DNA of 64,000 nt from Balanoglossus misakiensis. Lineage: Eukaryota; Animalia; Hemichordata. Positions 37,501 to 50,200 of this stretch are shown here, one piece after another; the first letter of the stretch is position 1, and every line of letters begins with the position of its first letter. The stretch lies in assembly GCA_040954595.2 (NCBI GenBank), contig CM082585.2, positions 5,233,808 to 5,297,807 of the forward strand, read 5' to 3'. The position numbers and the translations under genes were made by a program. The notes under the pieces were generated by a model. That model ran no database searches and was not told where the DNA came from. It saw only the letters and a program-made list of their open reading frames with translations.

Positions 37501-38076
37501 CACACACCTTCCGTCCCGCTTGTATGATATGGGAGTAAAAACTCGCCCAAAATGAATAAATGGTAGAGACCAATTATTCATTTTGGAAAGTCTTTTACTC
37601 TCGTGTCTACTAACGGGATGGAAATTGTTAGTGGTTGAACGTTCATTCACTACATATACACATGTACAATAACATAAACGGTGTCTTGTATCAAACATAA
37701 TTAAAGGGGAAAAGGGCAGCGAGATAGAGACATTGTCCCTTTAATGCTTTTTGAGCTTTTGTTGACATATTATTATAGCTAACGTTGAATTCTAATTTGC
37801 TTTTGTGGTCTATATAAGCCAAATGACGTGTATCGTGAAGGAAACATCATAGGTCAGAAACCTTCGTCAACAATCTCACAATCAGCAACGACACACCGTT
37901 TGTCTTGGTCATTTTTAAAAAGGGGATCAAGATCACGAAATAACTGCATTTTGTTAATTTTCAGCGGTAACTGTTTTCGAACAGCTGGTCAGGACATTGG
38001 GACATATCTTACCTTTTCTCTCCGCAACTGATGAGCTGAGAACAGCGGCTAAAATCAGAGCGAACTTGCAGTCCAT
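19511..38076 (-). CDS. Secreted EGFR/ErbB-like ectodomain protein (signal peptide, L1, furin-like, L2, furin-like, coiled-coil tail; no TM or kinase), 16 exons, 690 aa
   Basis: Minus-strand exons: 38076-38013 (CCACCATGG; [21 protein letters not shown]), 36000-35656 ([10 protein letters not shown]...[13 protein letters not shown]...[11 protein letters not shown]...LTNLRVIRG), 35028-34900, 34335-34276, 34021-33903, 33707-33593, 33382-33281, 32949-32817 ([11 protein letters not shown]), 22772-22611 (GDPF...VEEITGHL...[10 protein letters not shown]), 22295-22093, 21975-21840 ([13 protein letters not shown]), 21399-21333, 20869-20742, 20479-20398, 20122-20062, 19677-19511. All GT-AG with compatible phases; total 2073 nt. 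Minus-strand AATAAA near 19319 and 19342. Confidence 0.9.
19718..20016. mobile_element. About 300-bp non-autonomous element with TTAA TSD (Kolobok-like)
   Basis: TTAA|AGGGACAATGTCCCTCTCTC ... GGGCAGCGAGAGGGAGACCT|TTAA with long imperfect TIRs. Related copies elsewhere in the window. Confidence 0.75.
21552..21632. repeat. (GTCT/GTCC)n microsatellite
   Basis: Direct reading. Confidence 0.9.
22343..22487. mobile_element. Internally deleted copy of the AGGGACA/TTAA element
   Basis: TTAA|AGGGACAAAGTCTCTCTC ... TGTTCCT|TTAA. Shares AAAATGAATAATCGGT and GGAAGTTGTGTGTGGTCGAACGTT blocks with the other copies. Confidence 0.7.
22789..24672. repeat. 88-bp AT-rich satellite, left block (about 21 units)
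   Basis: Unit about AAAATCATGGGTTATAGCCCATGAAAATCATCAAAAAATGACGATTTTCCGAGTTTGCTAATTTTCAAAATTTCGTCAATTTTTGATA. Period 87-89 bp. Confidence 0.97.
24673..26049 (+). mobile_element. Helentron-associated (HINE/DINE-like) non-autonomous element inserted into the satellite
   Basis: Inserted in the unit's A-run, and the satellite resumes in register. 5' GGTCCCAT motif. About 2.8 copies of a 240-bp core repeat (starts 24825, 25064, 25304). (CATA/CATC)n at about 25924-25996. 3' stem-loop AGGTCCCATGGTATA-TATGCC-TATACCAATGGGACCT. Confidence 0.75.
26050..32066. repeat. 88-bp AT-rich satellite, right block (about 68 units)
   Basis: Same unit as 22789-24672, with a few interspersed recurring variants (GCGAGTTTCCGA / CCGAGTTTGCTA / CCGAGTTTGCGG). 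Confidence 0.97.
32067..32624. repeat. (TGTA)n microsatellite, about 560 bp, abutting the satellite
   Basis: Direct reading. Source of the MYVC/HTYI ORFs. Confidence 0.98.
36148..36215 (-). mobile_element. Terminal fragment of the AGGGACA/TTAA element
   Basis: ...AAACATAATTAAGGGGAAAAGGGCAGCGAGAGACAGACTTTGTCCCT|TTAA. Confidence 0.6.
36804..37200. mobile_element. 397-bp MITE with about 67-bp TIRs, TAG...CTA ends and a perfect 9-bp TSD (AcademH-like)
   Basis: TIR TAGTCTGGTTCCCTGCCCCAATCCCACCGCTGGCTGCGCTACGCTAA... mirrored at about 37131-37200. TSD AGAAAACGT at 36795-36803 and 37201-37209. Confidence 0.88.
37468..37740 (-). mobile_element. Copy of the AGGGACA/TTAA element
   Basis: Reverse-complement similarity to 19718-20016 (track ORFs 19572 and 37483 share MFDT...NNWSLPFI). 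Ends ...CATTGTCCCT|TTAA. Confidence 0.75.
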
Positions 38077-41000
38077 GGTGGACAATCCAGATTTCTGAGC
38101 GCGGTCTTGTCCGGCTTAGAGATTTACTGTACCACGATTGTTTGCCTCGGCTGATAACCTTTTGATAACACGATTGACAGGAAATAACAGGTCAGGTCGT
38201 GTCGCGGCTAATCTCATGGTACGATCATGGTCGACCACTGACACGCCACAAAAATGAATGACCACGCTGTACAATTCAGGCTTGGTATGTCAGATCTAAA
38301 CATGCCCCCCCCCCCATTATTAAAAGTCAAGTAAAACGGAATGTTTTTGTCCAGAGTTATGCATCTTGCCTTAGGTTTCGACCCCGGAGAGTTAATTAAT
38401 TAACATGACAACTTTCCGGGTCTACGTACATTTCCAAAAGTTGCATTTCTGTAAACGTATTATTTTGTCGTCATTAGCGCCACTGAGTAACGCCCCCATG
38501 TGTCAAAAGTACATCAAGCGAGTACTAGCTTTTCAGTCGGATGTCATCTGATAGTGATGCAATTTACTCCCAGGTAAATTTACCTCGAAGACAGGCTTAT
38601 TAAGTAACTGAGATATTAGTGCAGACTAAATATTTGCGATCTGATTGATGCTAGGTAGGACTAAGCCTGGATATGGTGTGACAAGAATCTTACCAGGTTC
38701 ACACACGAACAATTTTTTTTTTTTTAAATAAGACTGTTTCTAATCTGAGACGCTTCAGAATAGTGTGTGTGACCCCCATATCTGATGTAAGTGCTTCGGT
38801 CATGGAATTGCATCTTTTTTGTAAAGAACCATGTACCAACAAGATATCTCCGATCAACTGAGATGTTGCGCTTATCAACCCCTAAATTATACAGGATATA
38901 CGGCCAGAAGAGTATTTTCTGTATAAATCAAGTGTTCCCCACGAGTCAGATTTCTACATTTTCGACGCCGGGGGCGCTCTCCCCCGCCATCCCTTGTTGA
39001 ACGCATTTGAGATGTACCGTGACCGATAGCTTTGCTAAGAGTGTAACCCTGAGAACCGATCAATAAATTATTTGTTTTCAGACAACTGTAAAACTATTGT
39101 CACCTGTCATCATGAACATGACTCAGCCACGTTTGTAACCACTTGCAACATGTTTATTAATTAACAACTCTGAACACGAATTCAAAGTTCACGTGCAGAA
39201 TATCATGGATGAAAAGGTGAATTCGTAATGGAGTATAGGTAATAATGCGGAAATGGCATTTACGAATTAAAAACATCAACACAAGTAGAGATTTTAATTT
39301 GTGATGACATTTTCGACCAGTTGACTTCAAATTGGTTTTTGATGACTCTATGGAACAACATTGAAGTAGCGCGGCGATTTTCACGAAAACAAGATGGTGA
39401 ACACCGCGTTTTCTTCTTTGTTATCAAAAGAGATTCCTCACACACTTTCATGTAAAAAATGAAAAGGTTTGGAGGACAATCATATTTTTTCTGAAAATCT
39501 TTCCCCGGGGTACATAACACCTTGATGGAACAGCCTGTTGATGAAAACCATGGATGCTCGCGTAGCAATTCCCGCGGGTGCATATTTTAAGGTGTTGCTG
39601 ATTTCTATCATGTTTATGTCTGCTTACAAGTGATAAGTTGACGGAATGTGGAACAAAAAAGACCCGCGTGCTTCGAGACATGCGCCGCTTCCCTAAGGCC
39701 GCATGATAATTATCTCAGCAGATTTCAAGGGGAAATTTCGACGATTAAGTGAGAGTGAATTATTTTTCCTGTTAAAGTGAATGGATTTCCTCGCCAGGAT
39801 GTTATGAATGCAGGTCTTTACACGGGCCTTATAGCAGTCTTTAGATAAGAGTTCTTATAGTAATTATTCTCCGATGATTTCTGTTCTTATCTTTGTCTGA
39901 TATCCATATTTCAGTAAATTTCATCCTAGCGCACAATACCTAAACAACATCGTTTCGAGGATATTTCCCCAAACATACGGACAGCTTCTGACATGACTAT
40001 GATGCTTGATGACTCGATTCTTTATGTAAATGTAAACACTTATAATGAGCAGGAAAGACCATAAAGGCAAGTGAGTGTGCGCATGATGAGTGAGCGTGTG
40101 TTAGCGGTGGGGTGGGTGTGTAGGTGGGGGTTATGTATTTATAATGATATCTCTTAAATTTATTGATGACACTGTACTGTGTCAGTATGCATTGTTACTG
40201 AACCACAGATGCGGACCTCAACGTTCTATAATATTTGACCTGTGGGCATCAATCAATGTGTGAAACTAAATCCCCAAATGTACGAGAGACGAGGATGTGC
40301 TCTGAACAGCCTCGGTCTTTCTCAACATTTCTTACCCCGACTCTGAAAAAACAGTGTCCTTGATACGAAAGATAACTTCATGACGTTGGATGCATTGTTG
40401 TAGAAACCTGAAGGCGAATTAAAATCTAACGCCTCGCGAGCAGACCACAATGACTGAATTAACAAGCATTTCGGAAGACATACGGGCAAGCAAAAGAGCA
40501 TATTGAGTCAGTTGACGTATGAACATTAATTGGCGCAACAAAAAAGGTGTACACGTACTTGGACAACGTCGATCACAGTGCCTGTAGATAGAGTTCATGA
40601 TGGATGCGTTTAAAATTGAACCAATTCAGAAGTCCTCCAATTAGTCATATAATCCTGCTGGAAGTAGTGGTCTTGAACTGAAAAGAATATTTGCAAAAAG
40701 CTGTCGTCAATGCACACCACTGGTCTTGTACGATCAGTAATTGGCAATGAAGTTTATATTTGAAAGGGCCAGTTTTGAATTCGCAACCCACATGCTTGTC
40801 CTCTATCTGAGACATACTGAATAGTTTTCGTACCCATTAGACCACAGATAATTCCGGAGGATGTCATTAATTTTAAATATCAAGAATTCACATAGAATTC
40901 CAACTCATCGAATCTGCATACGGTATAATTATCACTTGGAACTCCTGAAAAGAATTTGATATCGCCAATATCACCTGCGGTCAAACCCTTCATTTTCCCT

Positions 41001-41828
41001 GATCGGATGAGTATTGGGTCTACTTAGTACTAATGCAAATGCATGCGTAACGTACGTACCTACAAATTACAATTTCCGATAAATTACTCAGATTTTATTT
41101 TAAAATTCGTTTTTTTCTTTTAGATTTGTCTGTCTGCATTTCAAGTCTATGATGTCGTTTCCTGACAGCATTTAACAGAGTTTCATACAAATTTCTGTGT
41201 AAATATGGTTATCGTTCGTTGCTATGGGGACGTTACCCGAATAGCTGTTTTGCGCTGTGGTCTTACTTTTTTTTAAATGGTGCATTTCTATGGAAGTAAC
41301 ATTACGCATGAATCGATTCGCAGACTAAACAATGTAGATAAAGTCTAAAAACAAACAACATTGACAAAAACAAAGAAAACACTGCATTTTTTGCAGAATT
41401 CGGGTGACGGTACGCTATATGCCCCGACAGACAATGGTATGGTCCAACTTGTTTACACACAGTCTTGGCGCTGTTATCTCTCAGTGTGTGCGGAGCTGCG
41501 CATCTCAGAAGATACGTTGGCGTTAACTCTATACCTCCAGTGTGAAGTTTTGACTTTGAGAATCTCTGCGATAAGCAAGAAAACACAGAATACAAGACGC
41601 GGGTTATCCAGCACTCTGCCCGGCTAAGAAACAGCGCACGTGCACGTGCCACGTAGAACGGGGAAGTCTAAGGGCAGGGCCTCGCCCGTCCGCGCCACCT
41701 ATTGGCCGACCGTGGGGAGATACATTTGTACACCAGAAGGGACGCTTTGTTGTTACCAACATGGTAAGTCTCATCGCAGTCCCTCTTTCTTGGAGGACCG
41801 TGAGTTGCGGTCTCTATTATGACCGATT

Positions 41829-41983
41829 TTACATGCAATGCAATCTGATTAAAATTAGATATAGGGTACGGCGACGTCTTTTACTTACACGGTACGGTAT
41901 TCTTTTGCTGCACCGCGTGAGTAACATACGTCGCCGTACGTGTACCCTACATCTGATTTTAATCAGATTGTATGCAATGGTAA
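41829..41983. repeat. About 150-bp imperfect palindrome (hairpin or MITE relic)
   Basis: TGCAATCTGATTAAAATTAGATATAGGGTAC-GGCGACGT ... ACGTCGCC-GTACCCTACATCTGATTTTAATCAGATTGTA. Confidence 0.8.
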
Positions 41984-43424
41984 TGAGTGAGTCCGGTTCA
42001 ACAGCCGGCCACGCGTGCACAATAAAGTACCTGTAGTATATCATTTTGTAGTGCGAGGTACATGTACATGTAAACGGCAACAAATCTTCGTGCCATTTGT
42101 TCCCGATTTTTTTCTTTCCGCCTTTCTGCTCCGCCGATCGTCAATCCTTGTTACCCGCTTTTGTTACCTGATTGCCAAGAAAGTGGCGAAAACCTCAAAT
42201 GCCACGAGCGCAGTTGGCGACCACTTATGGTATTGTGAAAGATTGTACGCAAACGCAAACACTCTGTGGGGTTGAACGTTCTCAATGGGGGCGCGACAGG
42301 TGTCGACGGCTTTGATGACATGCAACTTCGCTTGAAATCAATCCACGCGTGGATTGTACATGACCGCGCCCGGGAGAGGCGGAATAATTGTCTTACGACT
42401 GCAACGACTGCTTTTTGGCAAATTGTGGACGTTGGACCCCCTAGCGGTTTTTGTTGTAGAGACGTTCTTTCAATCCGTAATATAACTCAATCAGAATTGG
42501 CTGGCCGTCTATTTAAATAAACAAATGATCAAAATACAATTAGATGGTATACCTGGTTGTCATTGGCAACACAAATGGAGCCCTTCCGCCGCCCAGATGA
42601 ATGTGGAGATTATGAAGTTGATTTATTACATGCCAATGATGGAGGCGGTCGCTAACGCGAGTGCGAGCTGTCTCTGTCGAAATACAATCAGGCAGCCCGG
42701 GATTGGTTTCTGTGAATATTCTGTATGACGTGGCTTACAGTTGCGCGCTTGGCCGTGTATAGCGTGTTTAGTCGTGCAAACACAATTTAGTAACACGTTC
42801 AAAGACACCCCCCCCCCCCACACACACACACACTCACACAACCGAAAACGTGAAAAAAAAATCCCACTACGGTTGAAATAATTGGAGTGACGAAGTTGGT
42901 TGAGGGTAGTCTCGTTTTGCAATTCTGGCCGGGACGTTGTGCTCGTTGGAGCATTTTCGTTTATAACTGCTAAAAGCCCTGGTCTACGTGCATGAAAGCA
43001 CCATATTAATAAAAAACATCGATTGCGTGGTTAATCATTCCGTAAAATGCACACTAACACATTATTAACGTGAGGCCCACAGAAGTAGATTCTTTGTCGA
43101 CATGACACGTGTTGATATTATGGTCGACGGAATATTATGGCTGGCTTATCGCGCCATTTCAATGTAATGGAGGAATCCATAGGTGAAGAACTTCACAAGA
43201 ACTGAACGAGCTGTTTCTGTGGATAAGCCTAATGCAAACAGACACATCAGCCGTCTTGCCGTCTTTTACTCTTGGTGGAATTATTGCTGTAATGAAGTCT
43301 GTCACGCACACGACAGGAAACGCGAACAGAGTATTACCAGACACTTTTTGTCGTCCGGCATACGCAGTGGATTGCACGTTTCAAAACGTTTCCTTTGGAT
43401 TATCAGTCACTTTGCAGTCCTTTA

Positions 43425-44226
43425 GGCTGCATTCACAAACACCTCTGGAGGGGGGGGGGCGGGAGAATTCAATTTTTTTACCGCTAATTTTCACATGCCC
43501 CCCCTTCCGAACTGCCAATATTTTCAAATCCCCCCCTTCCGAACTGCCAAAATTTTGAAATCCCCCCTCCCATTTTCTTTCACAGAGCAAAACACATCAC
43601 CTATCTATCTTGTAAAAAGAAAAACAGCGCTCCCATGAAAAGAATTTGAAACTGATGTTTCCCCTCATCAGTGGGTATTAAAACTGCACATTGTTTTTAT
43701 TTTTTAAGTACATATATTTGAATTCTGTGTTGGGAGACATTGTAAACCGAGAATTGAAGGGGGTGGGTTTGGGAGGGGGTGTCCCCCTCCCACGTAAGAA
43801 AATTTTCTAAAATACAGAGCTCAAAGCTGCATTTTAATGAACCCGCCAAACGCAAATTAACTCAACTAACGGTATGTTGGGGAGGACAACTTTAACCGTC
43901 GCCGCTCAAAGTTATCATGGGGTGGGGGCAAGTCCCCTGACCTGGGACACTAGATAAACCAGTCAATGATTGAAAGGTGTTGATGAATGGAGGGGGTGGG
44001 TGTGGGAGGGGTGTCCCCCTCCCACATTAGAAAATTTTGTAAAATAAAGGGCGCGAAACTGCATTTTTGTGGACTCAAAATAAATATTTAGTCGTTAAAG
44101 TTTTCAAGTCCCCCCCCTTTCAGTCCCTAAATTATTTCAAATCCCCCCTTACATACCCTCAATTTTTTCAAATCCCCCCCCTTCAATTCTCCTGCCCCCC
44201 CTCCAGAGGTGTTTGTGAATGCAGCC
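43425..44226. mobile_element. About 800-bp non-autonomous PIF/Harbinger-like element
   Basis: TTA|GGCTGCATTCACAAACACCTCTGGAGGGGGGG ... CCCCCCCTCCAGAGGTGTTTGTGAATGCAGCC|TTA. 3-bp TTA TSD. Internal AAATCCCCCC subterminal repeats and a duplicated GGGGGTGGG...GTCCCCCTCCCAC block. Confidence 0.85.
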
Positions 44227-47200
44227 TTACTCACCAATTTCAGCATTGTGTCAATCAGTAGCCCGACTGTGTTGTGCGCAGTGACAGTTTCATTACGGTA
44301 ATTTTTCTCAACCGCATTCAATTCCTGGTATAAGTCGAACAAGAAGGTGCCGCAGAATTGCCTGTGGGTGAACAGTTATTGGATGGCGATTGAATGGGAA
44401 TTGCGAAAATGGCTCAATAATATGAACATCAAATTGCACAGATCTCAATGTGATTTAATTATACCGCATGAGATGGCTCGAAAAGGTGTGCTGCTTCAAG
44501 AGTTACAGTGTAGACCGGGTTTTGTATACCTCGTGAAATATCAAATATATCACGGTCTTTTCACCTTTCTGCCTGACGCACGCGGTCTAACCATAGACGT
44601 TTATATTAAAGTTCCGCACTTCAAGAAAAATCTGATAAACACAACATACATGTAGACGTGGACGGTATATATACGTGTTTTAACAGTTTCCATGGAGATT
44701 GGGACATGCGCAAGGCAGAAGTGGAGCAAATTAGACCGCGATTCTAGTGGATTTATTGCGCGTTGTCAACCAAAACGTTCCATCCCGCACGTTGCGAGGG
44801 GACGCCTGCTAAGTTATAACGATTCGTTCATTGGACGTGACGTACCACAGAGAGGCTAATTTCGAACAAATTCCGCGATAAAAAAAAATGAAGGTCGTAT
44901 TCGATTTGAATCCCGGCACAGAGTCGCTGGTTTGGTTCAATCAATTATTGTTTCATGTGGGAATTTATGCGTTCGCTGGGACCACCACGACACGGCGGGT
45001 TGCCAGCGCTTGTCTCACAAACCGCAAACAGCAGAACACAATTTCCGGTCCGTACTATAATTGTCTCACCAAGCAAATAATCTTAACACCGACCGTTCTG
45101 CGGCAAGTGAAAAAATCCCTAAGTTCTCACGCGAAACAGACGTAACACGGGTCAAATTAAAATTATGAATAAATATGTCAAAATGCAGCCCTACATCTCT
45201 CCTCGACGCAGTCGCGCTGAGGAGCTGGATTACTTCCCAGTGTGTGTGACGTACATGTAATATTCTCTATTTCATTCAGCTGTTCTAGACTCCCCCCCCT
45301 GAAAATGGCAAAGGCGACACCGCTGTGATGTTCATTCGTTTTCTGAAGCAATTTCAAATTCGTGGCCATAGGTGCCCTCCTGAAACGTCGCAGAGGGTGA
45401 GACTTACACACACAAGATTTTCGGCGATTTATACCACAAGTCTCGCGTCTTGGAAGTGCTGCATACATGTACGTGATCTCATTAGCAGCGCCTGGCAAAG
45501 GACAGAGACGAACAGCCGAGAAAAAGCCCTCCGCGCAAATCATTCCAATAAGATACTCGTATTAGGAATCAATTTCTGGGGCACGTTTGGTCGTAATTGA
45601 ATCGACCGCAATTTAATATGCCCTTTTGCAAGCCACGTGACTCAAAATCTTAGAATTATGACGCGTGAAATTTGAGTGAGCAACCATTATCGCGCAACTT
45701 GGGTAGAAAAGTGTGTATAACGTGTGCTGTTACAGTGAGGGAAGGCAGATATTTGTGGCTTGTAACTCAACACTAATACCATTTCAGCTTTTCGTTCTGA
45801 GCATGTTATATTTGTGCTCATGGGGGTGCTGTAGGCCATGGATATATCTCTGTAGGCCTATACCACAAATTCTTTCATCGCCGAAATAATATCAGTCTAG
45901 CCACGATTCAATCGGCGAGAGAGTCTGTTTTCAGACATCTTTGGCGAGAATTCCATTATCCTTTTTTTACTTCTCGACTTAATCGCTATTGAATAGACCT
46001 TGATAACTGCCGAAGAAAACATTTTACAGCGTATTAACTTAATCCATGAAAATAATTTGTGTGTCAGTATATACAGTAGACTGTTGCTATAAATAACGTC
46101 GTTGCGGTGATGTTCGAGTACTCATGCAGTTTCTGTTAGCGGCAGCTGTGTTTTTAAGTTGTTTTTAATAATCCTAGCATGAAATCTTTTCGGGTGTAAA
46201 AGTACTCACAGAAGTCACGAACGATTGCGTTTTTCGACACATTTCTTTCCGGTCAAGCGAAAACGATTAGGAGAGATCTAGAGTAAATAGTATAAAAGTG
46301 CACGTTTCTAAGTTACTGGCGAGTCATATCTCGAAAGCTGACCAAGATGTTTACAAAACTTAGAAATTTCTGACAGAAAATGTATCGCAGTAGCTAATTA
46401 GGGGAAATTCACGTTGTCAAATGCAGTAGTATTCCGCTTTCTCTGTACACAAATCGCAATATATTATTGAAGCTCAAAGTACTTTTCAATTTGTAGAGCA
46501 AAGCTATAGGCCTACTTGAGAAAGAAGGTCTTTGAAAAAATGTTGCATTTGTTAAAGCTGACGAGATACGCAAATCAGGGTCAGTCGCCAAACAATTCTC
46601 GGCGGAGCGGTGAGATAAAAACATCAGTTCTATCGGATCCGCGAATCAAAGAGAAACGAATTAAGAAACCTGCGAAGACTCATGACCTTCAATCGCTCAA
46701 CGTATAACCTTTCAACATATTGTTTGCTATTACCCCAATAAATGATTAATTCCATGCGGCAACCCGATCAATTGTAATGGGATAAGACGTTCTGTTTAAA
46801 TCCATACCGCGGGCTATATTTCTGTCTTCCAATCATGGGCTTTTTTAAAGATTCATGCGAAGAAGCAATTTCAGAGACCGTTCCCGACATAACTGCTTTT
46901 TATCAACAAATGGATCGATATCTGTGGCCTACAGCGAGGTCACGTGATATCTATTTATCGCGCTTTAAAAAATTAATATGTAAATTTATGCGATATTATT
47001 ATACAATTTATTGTATTTACTTAGATCACACAGATTGTGGTTAGATTCTCAGAGGCTTCAGATTGGATTTTATATCCTTTCTCATTTGGATTTGTTTTTC
47101 GTAGGTTTTGTCATTTAACTCGGTAAGTTAAATAATTTTCCGACACAAACCCTAAACTTCGCCTGTGCTCCTCACAAACTGGCTTCTTGCGTTAAACAGA

Positions 47201-50200
47201 ATTTGCACGCGGGGATTTCAAAGGAAACGTTCAAAATATCTGTGAGGATCATTAACTTACTCATGAAAACTTTGAGTGGACGAAAGAACAAGTCGTCTTG
47301 GTCCTTCACAATATACCACGTGACTTCATTTCTCTGCAGGCAAAGTCGACATTTTTCAAAATAACGAGGAGGGTACCAGGGGCGCTTTTGCTCTTCGTCA
47401 CATCAGAGATCGCGAAAAGAAGAAAAGGAATGTATAATTTCAAAAAACGTACCCGTAGAAAGATTTAGAATACATATCGGATGCTCCAAAACTCACAAAA
47501 GGTAAACTTTCGAGTCTCGATTTTCAGAACTGGTTCAAACCGGTTATCAAAACGCAGAGTGATGTCAACATCGGGATATAATCTAATTGTTCCTGTCAAA
47601 AACGACCCGGCCGAAACTGCACTGGAGTATTATCTGTCGTTCTCTTAGGGTTCTTGGTCCAGTTTTCTTCCATATTTCTCAAAAATGTGTCTTTTTATCG
47701 ATAAATTCCCGAAAAGGGAAATCTTGAAATTCTGCGTATGACAGTATTACCATTACCACTTAAAAATAGCTCCTCCAAAGTCTTGACATTTTTTTAAAAT
47801 GTCAACATGACATGTTCTGACTACAAATGATGCTCATTATCCACATTGTCATTATCCGGCGGCCACAAATACATTGAACTAATCGACCAACATGTATCCG
47901 AAATGCGAGCGCGTGACCGAGGTAAAAAAATATGCTTAGCCTAGTATAACGTTACGCAAAATCCCTCTTGGCTACGGTGAAGTTCTCAGAAGCGTTTCAT
48001 TACAATAAATGGCATGCATAAACAAAGTACATTTAAGTAAGTTCAAAGTGATTCAGAACAGATGTAGGTGACGACAGCACTCAGAATAAAACTGGAATCC
48101 TCCGACACGATTTATCCGAGATTATTCTTCGCACATGCGCATAGAAGATCAACCAGGCATCCATCTTGATTTCCCCCACACGGTTTGACCAAAGGAAACG
48201 GAGACAATCTGACATCTCGTTAATTCTTCAAGCTCTTGCACGAAATACTCGATATAGTACATGCAGTGACCACAGGCATTCACAGAACAACTTAGGCAAA
48301 TACATTCCAACCAAGCCAACATGTATTATTTACGCAATAGTAAATTACTGCTGAATTATTTTGCATGAAGAGGCCAGGAATTGTACAGAGTTCGACATGT
48401 GCAGGATTAAGGCAGTACACGCTTCGAAAAATCAAAATATTAAACCTTTAAAATTCTTATATTTTCCTCGAAGCAAATTTAGATTAATTCACTCTTGAAA
48501 TTGAGCATAAAAATTGGAGTCACCATGCAAAATGTTGAATGACAGGCCGAAATTGTTTAAATTTGAAATTCAAAATGGGACTAACGCTATTTATGTAAAT
48601 GTTTTATATTTCAGAAGCATTTTATTTCAACCAATGTTTCTGTAAGTTATCTCTGCGGAGCCAACTTATCTGCCGATCTTCTGGAAATAAAGTGGTGTTT
48701 AACATGCGCCAAGTTTTCTTAATGTTTAAAAGCTCCCAATCGTGGTTGCGCATTTAAAATCTCACATGATTATTGGAACAGCCTCAAGATGTCCCCCAAG
48801 GTGCGTTAGATGTGTCAGTCAAATTAGCGACCGGTGCGCGCGCGCAGCGAGATCATCGCGGTCAGCGCTGGCGGACTTCTGAACTCGATTACTTCTCACG
48901 TTTGCTCAGTTAATTGCAGTTTAACCGTTCATTTGGATGCCAAATCGCTTGATTGATGGCCCCAACACTCGTGGATTTGATCTTGAGGAAGGCAAGCGAC
49001 ACGCGGACATTGCCTACTGTTCTGCGTTTCAATCGACAGTTTTGAAAACGTTAAAAGGTTTTCGGTGTTTACTTCCGGCGGCGACCGAGTCAGAGTCGAA
49101 GTAACAGTGCGAATTAATCGCCAAGACACCGGGAGGCAAGAATGTTTTGAGCAAACAGTAAGCGTCTATAGAAAAGCGATTCAACTGGTACCCATCCGAA
49201 GTCACTGCGCATGCGTACTTAACAATTACGCAATTTTGCTGACGTGGAATTTCACTGCAGAAAAAAAAAACTGTACACTGTATAATCAGCTTGCAACATC
49301 TACGTTAAACGTCACGCGATGGTCGGGAACTTGGAAGTGTGAACATTTCCTTTAGGGTGAATAATTAATGGTTGTCGACCATTTAATGTACTACAACCCC
49401 GGTATCAATATTTGATTTATTCATCTCACCGACATAACGAGTGACAGCGACAGAAACAGGTGGTGTTGGTCATTAAAATGGTAATCTGGTTTCACGATTC
49501 AAGATATGCATTATGGATTTAGAGTGCGTAGGCAGAGATTCTGTCATAAGTTGTAAAATATGTATAGGTACATTTGAAAAAAAGAGTTTTTTTTGGAGAA
49601 AAATGTTGGCAGATGGTGCTTAGGTAATACAGTTTCTTCTCCAACGCCATGAAGAAACCGGTGGACTAGTGGCAATCGAAACAAAAATGCTGTAACAGTG
49701 GCTTAAAAAATGCTGACATTTCCAAATCCTCTACCCCCATAAATCAATTGGTTCGCCCCTTAGATCACTGACACGATTCCAACGCACGGGGACGAGATTT
49801 CTCATCTTTGTCGTTGGCCAGGAAGTAGGTCGCTTGCCTGATTAAAACTTCAAAGGAGAGAATTGGCAAACTATGCTTTGAAGCGTCGATCGCTCTCAAA
49901 TGAGTTACGTCATCAAGTCAGCTCTTAGGCATAGGTTCGAATAAGCATGAAATCTTAAAAGAATATAAGTACATTAATATTGTACATCAAAGCATGGGTT
50001 TAGGGCCTCAGAGAATCGCTTCAGTTTCCCTTAACATCTTTTCTGAAAATATGATGGTATATTACTTCTTTTGATAAGAAACATGGAAAGAGAAAAAAAT
50101 TCAAGTCACATGCAGACACATAAACCAATATAAGACAGTATATGTATTAGCGCGGATTTATACAGCTCACGGCTTTTACAGCGTACTATCGACAGACCAA

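Noticed and set aside
19511-38076. Calling this gene the canonical EGFR
   Set aside because: No TM, juxtamembrane or kinase exons were found; the ORF stops after a coiled coil. Gene symbol withheld.
49060-49165. ETS-type ACTTCCGG motif with a downstream GTAAGC donor, suggesting a promoter
   Set aside because: A single motif with no linked exons; insufficient support.
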